Below, one piece after another: positions 18,084 through 28,182 of a stretch of 64,000 nt of DNA. Both the position numbers and the translations under genes were made by a program. Source of the stretch: a virus (lineage: Duplodnaviria > Caudoviricetes); IMG/VR virus record IMGVR_UViG_3300018063_000004, positions 369-64,368 of that record. One strand, given 5' to 3'. The first letter of the stretch is position 1; each line of letters opens with the position of its first letter. The notes under the pieces are model-generated. The model ran no database searches and had not been told where the DNA came from. It was given only the letters and a program-made list of their open reading frames with translations.

Positions 18084-19658
18084 CTATCGCCGGCGATTAC
18101 CGAAGATGAATCCGGACAGCCGTCGATAGTTCTGATCCGCACGTGGCGCCGGCGCCGGCGGCGCAAACGATCCGACGGCCAGCGTGGCGCCCGTCGATGC
18201 GTGATACGCAATCACAACGGCGTGCGCGCGATCTGGTGAGGCCTTCAGCCCCTTCGGCATATCGGCCGCGGCAATACTCGGATCATCCGGATCCTTGATC
18301 GCGAGCTGGCCCTTCGGCATGTGCCGCGTCCGGAGGTTCGAGAGCTGGCCCTTCAGGCGATCGTCGTCGCAGAGCCCGAACGTCCCGACCTCGCCGCGCT
18401 CCCGAGCCCGGAAGTTGTCCTCGAGCGCCATGCGGAACTTCCAGCAGAGCCAGGCTTTGTTATTCTGGAAATGTTCCTTCCGATCGTCGGTATCGAGCGC
18501 GGACTTCGATCCAAAAATCACGGGCATCGTCGGGATCTGGTGCAGTTTCATGAGCATATCGGTCACGCCGCCGCCGAGGCCTGTGTCATCCACGCCGATC
18601 GTTTGCGCGCCGAGCGCCTCGCCCTCATACAAATCGACGAGCCGCTGCGTGGTCGTGACCAGGTCCGTCTTCGTCCACGTTTTGATCCAATCGATCCGCG
18701 TGCTCGAGCCGAAGGCCGTGGCCGTTTCGTCCACACCGAAGCGCGCCACGTCGCACCCGAGGACCTTGCGCGAGGCGTGCTTGATCGCCGGCTCGAGCGT
18801 CTCGTGCTCGCACTCGCCCTCGAGCTTGCCGCACGTCGCGCAGCGTTGCGCCTGGCCGGCCAGCTCGGCGGCGAGGATCCAATCGAGCCGGATCAGAATG
18901 TCATCGCCTTCGTTCGGGAACTCGCCGAGGACTTTTGCCTGGTAGATCGGCGACGTGACGCCCCATTCCTCGGCTTTTTGCGCCAGCCACTTCCGATCGA
19001 CGCGCGGCGCATCCTCGCCGTTGATATGAATCTGCCGAAAGAACTTCGCGATGCGGCCGAAATGTGATTCATAGAACTTGCCCTGGCGGGATCCCGGCGT
19101 CGACGTATAGAGCCGCTGGCCGCCGGTGGTGAGCGCGCCATCGATGGCGTCATAGATCGGATTCGACACGCCCTTCGCTTCGTCCACAATGAACAACACG
19201 AACGGCGCGTGGAAGCCTTCCATGTTTTGCGGCTTGTTCGACGCGATCCCGATCGCGTGCCAATCGGCTTCATGGCCGCGCACGCTCATTTTCGTTTTCG
19301 AGAGCACGAGATGCTCCTTGAGGCGAAAGCCTTGATGCCATTTCGCGATCTCGGCCCACAGAATGTCTTTGACCTGGCGGAGCGTCGGCGCCGTCGTCGG
19401 CACTTTCGAAAACGGCCGCGTCAGGAGATACCAATAGACAATGAAGGCATCGACGGTCGTTTTCCCCACGCCGTGTCCGCTCCGGACCGTGACGTCGTCG
19501 CCCGCGGCGATCCCCTCCATGATCGCCGCCTGATAGTCCTCGAGTTCGACCGGTTGGCCGTTCTTGTCGCGGAAGAGATCGTGGACAAACGCCCGCGGAT
19601 TCGCGTGATAGCTCTTCCACTTGGCGACCGCAAAGTCGCGGACCTCCGCCGTCAACAT
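18084..19658 (-). CDS. terL: Terminase large subunit
   Basis: SGHGVGKTT Walker A, IVDEA Walker B, STP motif, GCDVARFGVDET, SPDRA. Confidence 0.95.
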   Translation of the reverse strand: MLTAEVRDFAVAKWKSYHANPRAFVHDLFRDKNGQPVELEDYQAAIMEGIAAGDDVTVRSGHGVGKTTVDAFIVYWYLLTRPFSKVPTTAPTLRQVKDILWAEIAKWHQGFRLKEHLVLSKTKMSVRGHEADWHAIGIASNKPQNMEGFHAPFVLFIVDEAKGVSNPIYDAIDGALTTGGQRLYTSTPGSRQGKFYESHFGRIAKFFRQIHINGEDAPRVDRKWLAQKAEEWGVTSPIYQAKVLGEFPNEGDDILIRLDWILAAELAGQAQRCATCGKLEGECEHETLEPAIKHASRKVLGCDVARFGVDETATAFGSSTRIDWIKTWTKTDLVTTTQRLVDLYEGEALGAQTIGVDDTGLGGGVTDMLMKLHQIPTMPVIFGSKSALDTDDRKEHFQNNKAWLCWKFRMALEDNFRARERGEVGTFGLCDDDRLKGQLSNLRTRHMPKGQLAIKDPDDPSIAAADMPKGLKASPDRAHAVVIAYHASTGATLAVGSFAPPAPAPRADQNYRRLSGFIFGNRRR

Positions 19659-19664
19659 AAAAAA

Positions 19665-20663
19665 TCAGTGTGTCCTCGGCGGCGGGTGAGTCATGGCCAT
19701 CGCGTGAAGAGGGAGATTGCGCCATTGCAGCGTGTGCCAGACCGGATCGGTCCGGGACGTGCGGGCATCGTAGAGACCCCATCCGTTCTGCCCATCGGGC
19801 CCCTGGTCCGCCTCGAGCACGAAGTGCCGCGCCCCGAGCTGCCCGGCCTGTGTGTAGGCCTCCAGGATCCAGCGCCGGCGGATGCTGCGCGTGAGGCACT
19901 CGGAGGCCTGAACGGCGTCTGAGCGGCCGGCCCACGCCAGACGCGCCCATTCCTGGATCCGCGGCCAGGTGGCCAAGCGTTCCTCGAGTTGCCAGCCGAT
20001 GCGGGTGAACGTGATCGGGAGATTGAGCCGCTTGCCGACCATGTAGCGGACCGCGGCGAACAGCCGCCGGCGGAACGGTCGGCCGGGTGTCACGGCATGG
20101 CAGGACAGGCCGTGACAGCGCGTCACGAAGTCCCGGACGACGCCGGCCGTCGCGTGCGCGCGCGCGCAGCGCAAGAGCCCTATCAGCCAAGCCGAGGCCG
20201 CGGGCGATCCGTCAAACCCGGCGCCGAGCAGGATCGGCCGGTTCACCGTAAAGGCGCGAACGGTCGGGATCTGCGGATCATGCGCGAAGGCGAGCAGCTC
20301 GAGGACGGCGGAGGCCTGGTCGACAAAGGCGAGTGGCGAGAGGTGTCGCCACGGCACGCAACCGATCTCGAGCCCGGCTGTCACGCCAAGGCCATGTGTC
20401 GCAATCAGTCTGGCGGCCAGGCGTGCGCCGGCGACACCGATGCACTCCACGGGTAAGCACCAGAGCACATTGAGCTGGTGCGTGTCGGCATGGCGGATCC
20501 AGGTGAGGGTATTCGGGGGATCGCACAGCACGTGCCGGACGATCGTCGGACGGAGGCCGAGGACCGCGGATCGATCGAATCCGATCCCGAGCCTCGGCGC
20601 ATGGGCGAAATTCACACCGAGCTGCATGGATGACCTTTGTTGTGGAACCAGCCGGATGTCCAC
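19665..20663 (-). CDS. Clan GH-A TIM-barrel-like protein, apparently catalytically dead (alternative start 20627)
   Basis: GVNF, LEIGCVPW (for EIGNEP), LSCH, ITFTRIGW (for ITExGW), WGLYD. Confidence 0.55.
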   Translation of the reverse strand: MDIRLVPQQRSSMQLGVNFAHAPRLGIGFDRSAVLGLRPTIVRHVLCDPPNTLTWIRHADTHQLNVLWCLPVECIGVAGARLAARLIATHGLGVTAGLEIGCVPWRHLSPLAFVDQASAVLELLAFAHDPQIPTVRAFTVNRPILLGAGFDGSPAASAWLIGLLRCARAHATAGVVRDFVTRCHGLSCHAVTPGRPFRRRLFAAVRYMVGKRLNLPITFTRIGWQLEERLATWPRIQEWARLAWAGRSDAVQASECLTRSIRRRWILEAYTQAGQLGARHFVLEADQGPDGQNGWGLYDARTSRTDPVWHTLQWRNLPLHAMAMTHPPPRTH

Positions 20664-20697
20664 GAGAGACGGCCGATCGCCGACCCCGGGTCGAACG

Positions 20698-20895
20698 TCA
20701 CGCGCGGGTCACGTGTGTCGCGCGTGGACCCTTCGGGCTCTTTTCGGTCTCGAAGGACACGCGCTCGCCTTCCTTCAATTGATCGAACAGCGTGCCCGTG
20801 CAACCGGACTGATGAAAGAAATACTCCGTGCCGTTCTCGGCGGCGATGAACCCGAATCCTTTGTCTGTCAGCAATCGTTTAATCGTGCCTGTCAT
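20698..20895 (-). CDS. csp: Cold-shock domain protein
   Basis: KGFGFI (RNP1), YFFH (RNP2), KGPRA; AAGGAG RBS. Confidence 0.95.
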   Translation of the reverse strand: MTGTIKRLLTDKGFGFIAAENGTEYFFHQSGCTGTLFDQLKEGERVSFETEKSPKGPRATHVTRA

Positions 20896-20958
20896 CGATC
20901 GTCGCTCCTTTGGATGATCGTCACAGCTATCACAGCGCCTAACCGCCAGGCCGAACAG

Positions 20959-21030
20959 TGGAGCGGACGGAGAGGTTCGAACTCCCCTCTGCGCTTGGAA
21001 GCGCCGCAACGCCTTCTTTGCTTCGCCCGC
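20959..21030 (-). tRNA. tRNA-Gly(TCC)-like gene with aberrant anticodon arm
   Basis: Acceptor GCGGGCG/CGTCCGC-T-CCA, D stem GCAA/TTGC, T arm GGGAG-TTCGAAC-CTCTC; anticodon arm GCGC-TTCCAA-GCGC is short. Confidence 0.7.
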
Positions 21031-21060
21031 CTGCACGGTCTCTTGTCTTTCATGCCCGCG

Positions 21061-21273
21061 TCAATCGCTGGTCGGTTCCACTTGTGAGACGGTCCGCTTC
21101 ACGTAGGACGGCAAGGCCGGTTCGCCCTTCGCTTGGCGCGTTTTGTTTTCGCTGATCACGCGATCCTCGGCTTGCTGTTCGAGCGTCTCCACGTGGCGTT
21201 CAGCCTCGGCCTGGTTTGGCGCGTTGATGTCGAGCGTTGAATCATCGGAGAGTGTTGCGCGAAACTTTGGCAT
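21061..21273 (-). CDS. Hypothetical protein
   Basis: AGGAG RBS; 70 aa. Confidence 0.65.
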   Translation of the reverse strand: MPKFRATLSDDSTLDINAPNQAEAERHVETLEQQAEDRVISENKTRQAKGEPALPSYVKRTVSQVEPTSD

Positions 21274-21284
21274 GTTGGCTCCTG

Positions 21285-21584
21285 TCAGAATAATCGGCGG
21301 AGAAGTTCCGCGATTAGAAGTGGCACGACGATCGCTCGTAGGCAATAGACACACAGACAGCGGCCTGGATCCCCGCAGTTCACGCACGGCCGGTTCCACC
21401 AGCGGGGCGCGATCGCCCCATAGGCATCCCGCACGGCAATCACATCTTTTTTCCACTGTTCGTTTGCGAACCACAGCCAGTCCCGAATGTGCGCCGCGCG
21501 CGAGAGTTTCCAGATCCCGAGGATGATGAAGCCGCCGGCGGCGCCGCCGAGCACGTTGATCGCGAGCAGCTCGGGCCAGGTCAT
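21285..21584 (-). CDS. Small membrane protein carrying a tape-measure-identical peptide
   Basis: Two hydrophobic segments, Cys cluster, NEQWKKDVIAVRDAY. Confidence 0.7.
   Translation of the reverse strand: MTWPELLAINVLGGAAGGFIILGIWKLSRAAHIRDWLWFANEQWKKDVIAVRDAYGAIAPRWWNRPCVNCGDPGRCLCVYCLRAIVVPLLIAELLRRLF
21420..21464. repeat. 45-bp direct repeat, copy 1 (copy 2 at 60735-60779)
   Basis: 43/45 identical, both mismatches synonymous Lys codons. Confidence 0.95.
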
Positions 21585-21799
21585 TCGAACCCTACTGTCC
21601 GCGCGTCCTGGAACTCTCGTTCGAGGATCTGTCGGAGTGTGTCCGCAAACAGCCGCGCCGCTTCGAGACGTTCAATCGTCAGCACGCCGAGCGGTTCGAT
21701 TTCGATTTCCGCTCGTGCCTTGATCCTTCGACCGAATGCTTGATCGCTCTCTAATTCAATCGTGAACGTCGCGCCCTGTTGTTTTACGAAGATCGCCAT
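21581..21799 (-). CDS. Hypothetical protein
   Basis: GGAGG RBS; coupled to next gene. Confidence 0.6.
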   Translation of the reverse strand: MAIFVKQQGATFTIELESDQAFGRRIKARAEIEIEPLGVLTIERLEAARLFADTLRQILEREFQDARTVGFE

Positions 21800-21822
21800 A
21801 TGCCAGCCTCCTGAAGCCACGG

Positions 21823-24800
21823 CTATCGACGGCCAAGTGCAGCAACTTGACGCCGGCGCGCTCGAGCCTCGAGGATCTCGAACGCCTGGCGGTCCGCCAG
21901 TTCGTAGATCCCGCGGATCGTCTCAGCCGCCATCTGGTCGTCGAGTTTGATCTCCACACAGACGTGAACTTCCTCCGTCGCAATCCCGGTCGGTGTCGCG
22001 CCGCCGACGATTCGCTGTTCGTGTCTCATGCCGTGGTCGAGCCTCGAACGCAAGTCATGTGCAACGTGGTGAGCCTGCCGGCACAAATAGCATGCCTTCA
22101 GCCCAGATTTCCTTCCGAACCGGCACAGAGAGGGTTAGGTTGATCAACTTGATGCCAGCGTCCCAATCGGTCGGACGTTTCACGAGCGGGAAGCCTCGAT
22201 AGCTCTCGGCCTCATATCCAGCCGTCTTGAGTTCCGTGATCACTAACTCAGTCCAAGCTTTGAGAGTCATCGGCGCGTTGTCGCTTTCCGGATGAAGGTG
22301 ATGCGTCATGCGGTCGGCCTTTCGAGTAGTCGTCGCGCTTTTCCGATCGCCAGACGGACACTGTCTCGTTGCGCCGCCTCGTTCGTGTGAGGTCCAAAGA
22401 GACCAGCGGTCGTCATCGCTTCGCAGAGCTGATTGAGCTGCGCGCGCCCGGCGTCGGTCACGTCCTGGGCCATACTCGGCGCGCCCTGCCAGGCTTCCGG
22501 ATGCTTGAGCAGCCAGGCAATCCGGTCGTCATGTTTTCCCCACTTCGACCTCGAGGCCATCGAAGAGATCCTTTTTTGGTGTGCGTGGCGTCTCGACCAC
22601 GCGCACGCCGGCGCCGAGACCGATCAGGGTCTCGGGATCTTTGTTCTTGAAATAGACCGTGGCTTCTTCGCCCTGGCCGAGCGCAAGGCGGAGGCCGTCG
22701 ATCTCCACAAACGACGGCGCCAGCAACGTATTGAGCGCCGTCAATTCGCCGTTGCTGAAGTCCTTCGCCCGAAACGTATACGCGATTGGTTTCCCGCGGA
22801 TGGCATAGTCGAGAAACCGTTCGATCTGCGATTTCACCTCAGCCGGCCAAACTTCGGATGCCTACCGAAGATCGCCTGCAGCCGGATCTTTTCTATGATG
22901 GTCGCTTTCAACCAACGTGCGAACCGTCGGTTCCATTTTCGATTACTGGAACGACCCATCGTTCAACACCCTTTCGCCAACATGAACCCGAGCAGCATCG
23001 CGATGAAGGGCAGCGCAAGCAGCTCGCCGCCGGCGCCTCCTTCGCGCATTTCGCGATTCGGTGGAAACTCTGGCCGCCGCGGGCCACGCCAGCCTGGAGG
23101 CGGAGGCGGAGCCGGAGGCCTCCTCCCGGGCGGAGGCGGAGCCGAAGGCCTCCTCCCCATCAGAGCATCAGCCGCGTCGGAATGACGGCGGCCAGCTCTG
23201 GTCGCAGCGGCGCCGTTTCCTGGAGCGCGATCTCGAACTCGCTGCTGTCCTCTGTGCGCTCGACGCCGATCCGCGTGATGTAGGCGTGACACGGGATCCC
23301 GTGCTCAGTCGTGCCCTGCCAGATCCGCGCGGGCACGCCGTTCAAGGTCACCGTCCGATCCGTGGGTTCCAGCGTGACTTTCATCGCTGATCGCTCCTTT
23401 CCGATTCATCTTGTTTAGGCGGCGCGTTGCCATACGAACCGCCGCGGTGTGTTCAGAATCGGGCCCGCGGCCCGTGTGTAGATCCGACGTGCCTCAGCGC
23501 CGGCGTCGTGACCCTCACGCCAGAACCGTTGCCAGGCGCGCGAATACGTGACGCCCCGCCGATTGTTGGTTCGATAGTCTCGATACGGATTCGCCGCGTT
23601 GACCTTGAACCATCCGACGACGAAGGCCTTGTGGAAGGCGACAAAGAATGGCGACGCGCCGAGGCGCCGAGACGGCATGAGCTTCGTCCAGGCCTCTCGC
23701 TCGGCCAGATTCGCCGCGGAACATTCCGTGCAGACCATCTGATTGGAGCCGGCCGCCCAATCGCAACCTTCCGGACAGGGATCGAAATGGGAACAGCCGC
23801 AGAATCGACACACGCCTTTCGTCATGGAATCCTCCTTTGTCGCTGAGCTGTGAGACCGTTGGCCTCAATCCAGACGCGCTGGCCTTTCTGACGAAGCATG
23901 ATGGCAATCGAGAACATCTCCTGGCGATACCCGAAGGGTCCGAGTGCCAGCGTGCCTCGTGTGGCACCAGGCTCGAGGCGCATGATCAGAAACAGGCCGG
24001 GCCCACAGAGAAGCCCGTGCGTGCCGCGGCGGATGCGCTTCACGATCACTTCACCTCAGTGTCAGGAACCGGCACGCACCCGGCCGTCTCACACAAAAAG
24101 GTTCGCGGATGCGGATTGAACCGATCGCCCTCCACGCCGATTTCATACATGAGCGGCGGCTCATCGACACGCTCGAGCGCCGACGCCGTGACTTCGCGAA
24201 CGTCGTCCGGATGCGCGCCGGCGAGCGCCCCTACGGTTGCCAGATTCGCTTCGATGAGTGCCCGCTCGAGCTGCGTGAGGAACTCGACGCACGCGATCCC
24301 ATCATCGGTATAGCCCATCAGCTCATGCGAGAACCGACGGACCACGGCAGCCGCCATCGTTCGCGGAATGCTGATCGTGACGTGAAGCTCAATTGCTGGC
24401 TGACGGCCCTCGTGTGCCACGGTTGCCTCCTTACGGTTTCACGAACGGCCGAACCGCATCGCAGAGCAGACAGCGCGGCTGTTCGTGCGGCGACCACCAT
24501 TCGGCGCATTCATGGCCGGCGCCCTGACTCACGGCTTGCCGGAGTTTCGCGATCTGCGTCAACGGGATCGACGTGTCATCACGCCGAATCGTGAGTCGGC
24601 CATCCTCGCCGCGCCGGCGGCCGGTCAGAAGATGTCGCGTCCAGCCATCAGGTTCCCCCTCGCCGTTCCAGGTATTCATGTCCTCGAGCGCCGCCGCCCT
24701 GGAGGCGTAATCCCACACGTCGTTGTAGCCGCTGTTGAAACTCTCTGCGGATGTATCGCCGGGGAGCTGTGAAAGGGCGAGACGCGCACGCTTGAACGTC

Positions 24801-25331
24801 TGCGGTTCCACGGCCAGCCAGAATCCGGTTGCGTTGCCGGCGTCGAGCTGGCGCGTGCCATAGAACCCGAGGTCGTCGACAGGCCCCTCGAGGCCGAAGG
24901 TCTCGGGATCAGCCGCGGCGAGTTGCTCGAGATGGTCCTTCAACGCTTGATCAGACACGGACTTCTCTCGTCAGCAATTGGAACGCGGTCTTGGCGTGCG
25001 CGATCGCTTCGGGTGTCGAGCCGGCGAATGTGGCGATGCTGTGCAGCCAGGCCAGGACATCGCCGCGTCTAGTTACGTCCTCCACCAGGCGATCGGTCTC
25101 GTTCATGAATTCCTGAACCGGATCGCGGCCGGCCTGGAGATCCTCCCATCGGCGTTGCGCGCCTTTTGCGGCGCCGCCGATCATCTCGCCGATATTGAGC
25201 GTGAGGCAGACGACGACGCCGTCCGGGAATTCGAGCCGGAGATACGGCTTGCCGGTTCCCGGATCGGATTCGGTGAGATCCATCTGACAGACACCATGAA
25301 TGATCGGCATGTGTGCTCCTTTTACCGTCAC
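21823..25331 (-). other. Chain of about 12 small, mostly translationally coupled hypothetical genes (e.g. 22055-22309, 22306-22560, 22529-22837, 22963-23160, 23160-23384, 23415-23825, 23822-24049, 24046-24420, 24431-24958, 24951-25331)
   Basis: Abutting or overlapping stop-start junctions and RBSs; no family recognised. Confidence 0.6.
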
Positions 25332-25897
25332 CTCGATTGCGGTCCCGGCTGTTGTTTGTCCGCCTGTGCGAGTTCGTAGGCTTCCTGGATCAGACTCACG
25401 AGATCAGAGCCCATGCCGCCGCCGCCCTCCGCGTGAATATGCGGCCACAGATGCGCGATCGCCGCACGAATCTGCACCCGTTCATCTTTGGAATCGAGCA
25501 GTCGACCGAGCACGCGCGCCGCGTGCGCTTTGTTCTTGTCGAGCACTTCGATCGCGGATCGATTCGCCTCATGAATCGCCCGCTGGAATTTGGCGGCATT
25601 GATCCGCACATTGACGGCCTCACGACCGAGCCCAACGATTTGGCCGATCTGCTCCTGCGTGAGTTGTGGCTGTTGCAGAAGCAATCCGAGGATCGTCGCG
25701 TCGACATGATCGAGTTCGAACGCCGCCCTGGCGATCGAGGCCTGGCGGCGCGCTTCAAAATCCGCCCGTTGTTTCTCGAAAAGCCCTTTCGCGGTCTGCT
25801 CCGGAGTCTGCGGCCCTCGTGCCACGATCCGGAGCGTGCGTCGTCTCCGGGATCTGTGGCGTTGTGTGGTTTTGCGTGACCCGCGTTTCTTGCTCAC
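25328..25897 (-). CDS. HTH protein, probable terminase small subunit
   Basis: AsnC-like HTH (LTQEQIGQIVGLGREAVNVRI) then AARVL..LL.S.DERVQIRAA helical region; start uncertain. Confidence 0.55.
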   Translation of the reverse strand: MSKKRGSRKTTQRHRSRRRRTLRIVARGPQTPEQTAKGLFEKQRADFEARRQASIARAAFELDHVDATILGLLLQQPQLTQEQIGQIVGLGREAVNVRINAAKFQRAIHEANRSAIEVLDKNKAHAARVLGRLLDSKDERVQIRAAIAHLWPHIHAEGGGGMGSDLVSLIQEAYELAQADKQQPGPQSR

Positions 25898-26081
25898 GTG
25901 AGCGCTTTCCGCTTCCGTGGTGTCCAGATCGGATCCCGCGAACGCTTTTTCCCTGGCGTCGGTTGCGCCACGAGTTTTGCCTGGCGGGCCCGTGTCCACG
26001 TGGGTTGCGGCAACTTCGCCACGCGCTGACAGAGATCGCACTTCGGATCATGGCAAGTGCCGAGCGCGCAGCAGCCCATCG

Positions 26082-26276
26082 CTACGTCGTCATCGCTAGC
26101 CGCTGAATCTCTGCATCGATCAGCCGTTGGCGATCCTTAGACAGTGCGAGCACAACCAGAATCAGTGCTTCCTCATGTGTGGCGTGCCCACTCTCCACCA
26201 GCGTGATTGCGTGATGTAGGAATGGACAGCGCAACGCAGCAACCTGAACATCTAGCCAAGCGTTCTTCTCGGTCAT
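26082..26276 (-). CDS. Hypothetical protein
   Basis: Short ORF in operon. Confidence 0.45.
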   Translation of the reverse strand: MTEKNAWLDVQVAALRCPFLHHAITLVESGHATHEEALILVVLALSKDRQRLIDAEIQRLAMTT

Positions 26277-26318
26277 AAGGCCCCGCAACCGTTCGAGCGC
26301 GCCGCGGCCGATAGCTGA

Positions 26319-26570
26319 TTACGGTTCGCCGTCGACGTAGTCGGGGATCTTGCTGCCGTGCGTCGCTTGCCAGGCGCGCATGTCCTCCGCAATCTGCCGA
26401 GCCCGCGCGACTTTCTTTGGATTCACGTTCGCCACTTCCGCGTGGTTACACCAATCGTCGACGCGGCCTGGCGCGAGCACGTCATGGCCGGCGAGCAGGA
26501 ACACGGGTTCTTCGTCCTGACACCGATTGATCGTGCTGTCCAGCCGTCCGAGTTCCTCGCGTTTCGTCAT
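26319..26570 (-). CDS. Hypothetical phage protein (DEEPVFLL type)
   Basis: GGAGG RBS; DEEPVFLLAGHD..AP motif. Confidence 0.65.
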   Translation of the reverse strand: MTKREELGRLDSTINRCQDEEPVFLLAGHDVLAPGRVDDWCNHAEVANVNPKKVARARQIAEDMRAWQATHGSKIPDYVDGEP

Positions 26571-26615
26571 GCCCCTACCTCCTACATTCATCGCCCGGTT
26601 TCGCTCAGGTGCGAC

Positions 26616-26662
26616 TAGCCTTGCGGCACGGTCAGTATGCGGCGTCACGAATCCTCCAGCAA
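26616..26662 (-). promoter_or_regulatory. Sigma70-like promoter with downstream operator
   Basis: TTGCTG-N17-CATACT followed by CCTTG-CGG-CACGG quasi-palindrome (26619-26631). Confidence 0.6.
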
Positions 26663-27905
26663 GCTCAGTTGCGTCACCGTTGGCAATTCGGCCTGCGATT
26701 CGAGCCCTTCACATAAAGCCAACATGGCCGGCCGTTCGGTGGCCGCGATGCGGCGGCGCGCAATCTCGAGATACTCCGCCTCGCGCTCGATCCCGACAAA
26801 CTCGAGACACTCCAGCTTGGCGGCCATGCCCGTGGTGCCAGAGGTGTTCCGGTATTGCGCGAAGGCGACCGCCGACGAGCTCGGCGACAGGACAGCCCGG
26901 CACGCATTGCCAGGCCTGGACGCTTTCGCCGTCGGCCGAACGCGACGTGAGCCCATCCTGGCCAGGATGGCCGCCATACACGCCGGCGCCGCCTCCGCTT
27001 GGCGGCCGTTTCGTCGGCCAATGGCCCGAGACCGTGACCGAGACATTCCAATCCAGCGGCCGGCAGTCTGGCATGTGCGACAACAGCACATTGGGCGGCC
27101 AGCGGCCGATCTCTGATTTCACCAGGCTATCGCCTCGAGGTTCGATCCAGCTTCGGAGGCCTTCAGCCCCAAGCCGGCAGGCGTCCACCTGAAGCCCGCC
27201 GGTGCCTGAGCGCAGCAAGTTGGCGCCGAGCGTCCCGCTGAAGGGTTTGCGCGCGACGACAATCGGTTCATGCGCCGGCTTGAGCCCAGAACCGACGCCG
27301 TCGAATTGTTCCGACTCGGGTGACGGTTTACACACGTGATCGCCCGGCTGCAGCATATGCTCCGCCGGCAGCTTCCGGAGGAAATGCCGACCAGTGTCCT
27401 CGCAGAGACAGCGCGCCGCCTCGCGTTCGCCGTCGATCGATTTCGGAAAGCCCGTGCCATAAATCCAATCGATCGAATCACGGATCTCAAATCCCGCGTC
27501 CTCGATCGCACAGACCATCCGGTGATACGTGCGTGCCCCCCCAAACGCCAGAAGATGCGCGCCAGGTTTAAGGACGCGCAACACAGCTCTCGCCCATTGT
27601 TCACACCACACCTGGAAAGCCTGATTCCCTACAAATGAGAAATCATACGATCCAGCTTGGCTCGCGCGATTACCAAACGCCGATGAACTGCGCGGCGCCG
27701 TCCGGCCAGCGCGTGAACTCGAATGTGGCCCTAGTGAACAGCGCCGTTCGACATCTTTTAGAGCCGCTTCGTCGATCAATTTGCCATCCCATGCTTTTCC
27801 CATAAATCTGATCCCGTAGGGCGGATCGGTCACGCAGGCATCGAACGTCTCAGCCTCGAACGTTTCGAGGACCTGAAGACAATCGCCGAGCAGAATCGTT
27901 GACAT
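26645..27905 (-). pseudogene. N4/N6 DNA methyltransferase disrupted by deletion, inversion and frameshift
   Basis: GDC, TDPPY, LKPAHEP in one frame; SGTTG..GIE..Y.EIA..RI in another; FRYCAKA on the opposite strand; HPTxKP and LDPF missing. Confidence 0.8.
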
Positions 27906-28182
27906 CCGGTTTGTCCGTCTGATGTTTCGGGCAATGATCGCGATCGTCGCCGACGCGCGTGCGATGTCGTTCACACATCGGCGCGTCGCAGGTTGACGCC
28001 TTGCCGCCGCGAAGGTGCCCGACGACGAAATCGCAGAGATACGGTGCCATTCGCCCGCAACGTTCACCGACTTCGAGATTGTCGCCCTCGAGCGCCGGCG
28101 ACATACACGACGCCGGCGAGCCCTTGCCGCGAATCAGCAAGTGCATCGTGCCCGAGCCGTCCTCAGTCCGATACCAGGGCAT
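27850..28182 (-). CDS. Cys-rich Zn-binding protein
   Basis: LCDF..TCDAPMC..H..DHCPKH. Confidence 0.6.
   Translation of the reverse strand: MPWYRTEDGSGTMHLLIRGKGSPASCMSPALEGDNLEVGERCGRMAPYLCDFVVGHLRGGKASTCDAPMCERHRTRVGDDRDHCPKHQTDKPDVNDSARRLSSGPRNVRG

Noticed and set aside
19659-19685. GAGGAC..TTTTTT-ATG before terL resembling the motif
   Set aside because: No CGG/CCG stem or terminator hairpin; likely a plain RBS
21420-21464. DGR template/variable repeat interpretation (differences only at adenines)
   Set aside because: No reverse transcriptase in the window, repeat is only 45 bp, and both changes are synonymous
23097-23158. Short tandem repeat as a mini-CRISPR
   Set aside because: Two units encoding GRRPxAPPPP in a small protein; no spacers or cas operon (the Cas4-like nuclease is in the RecT module)
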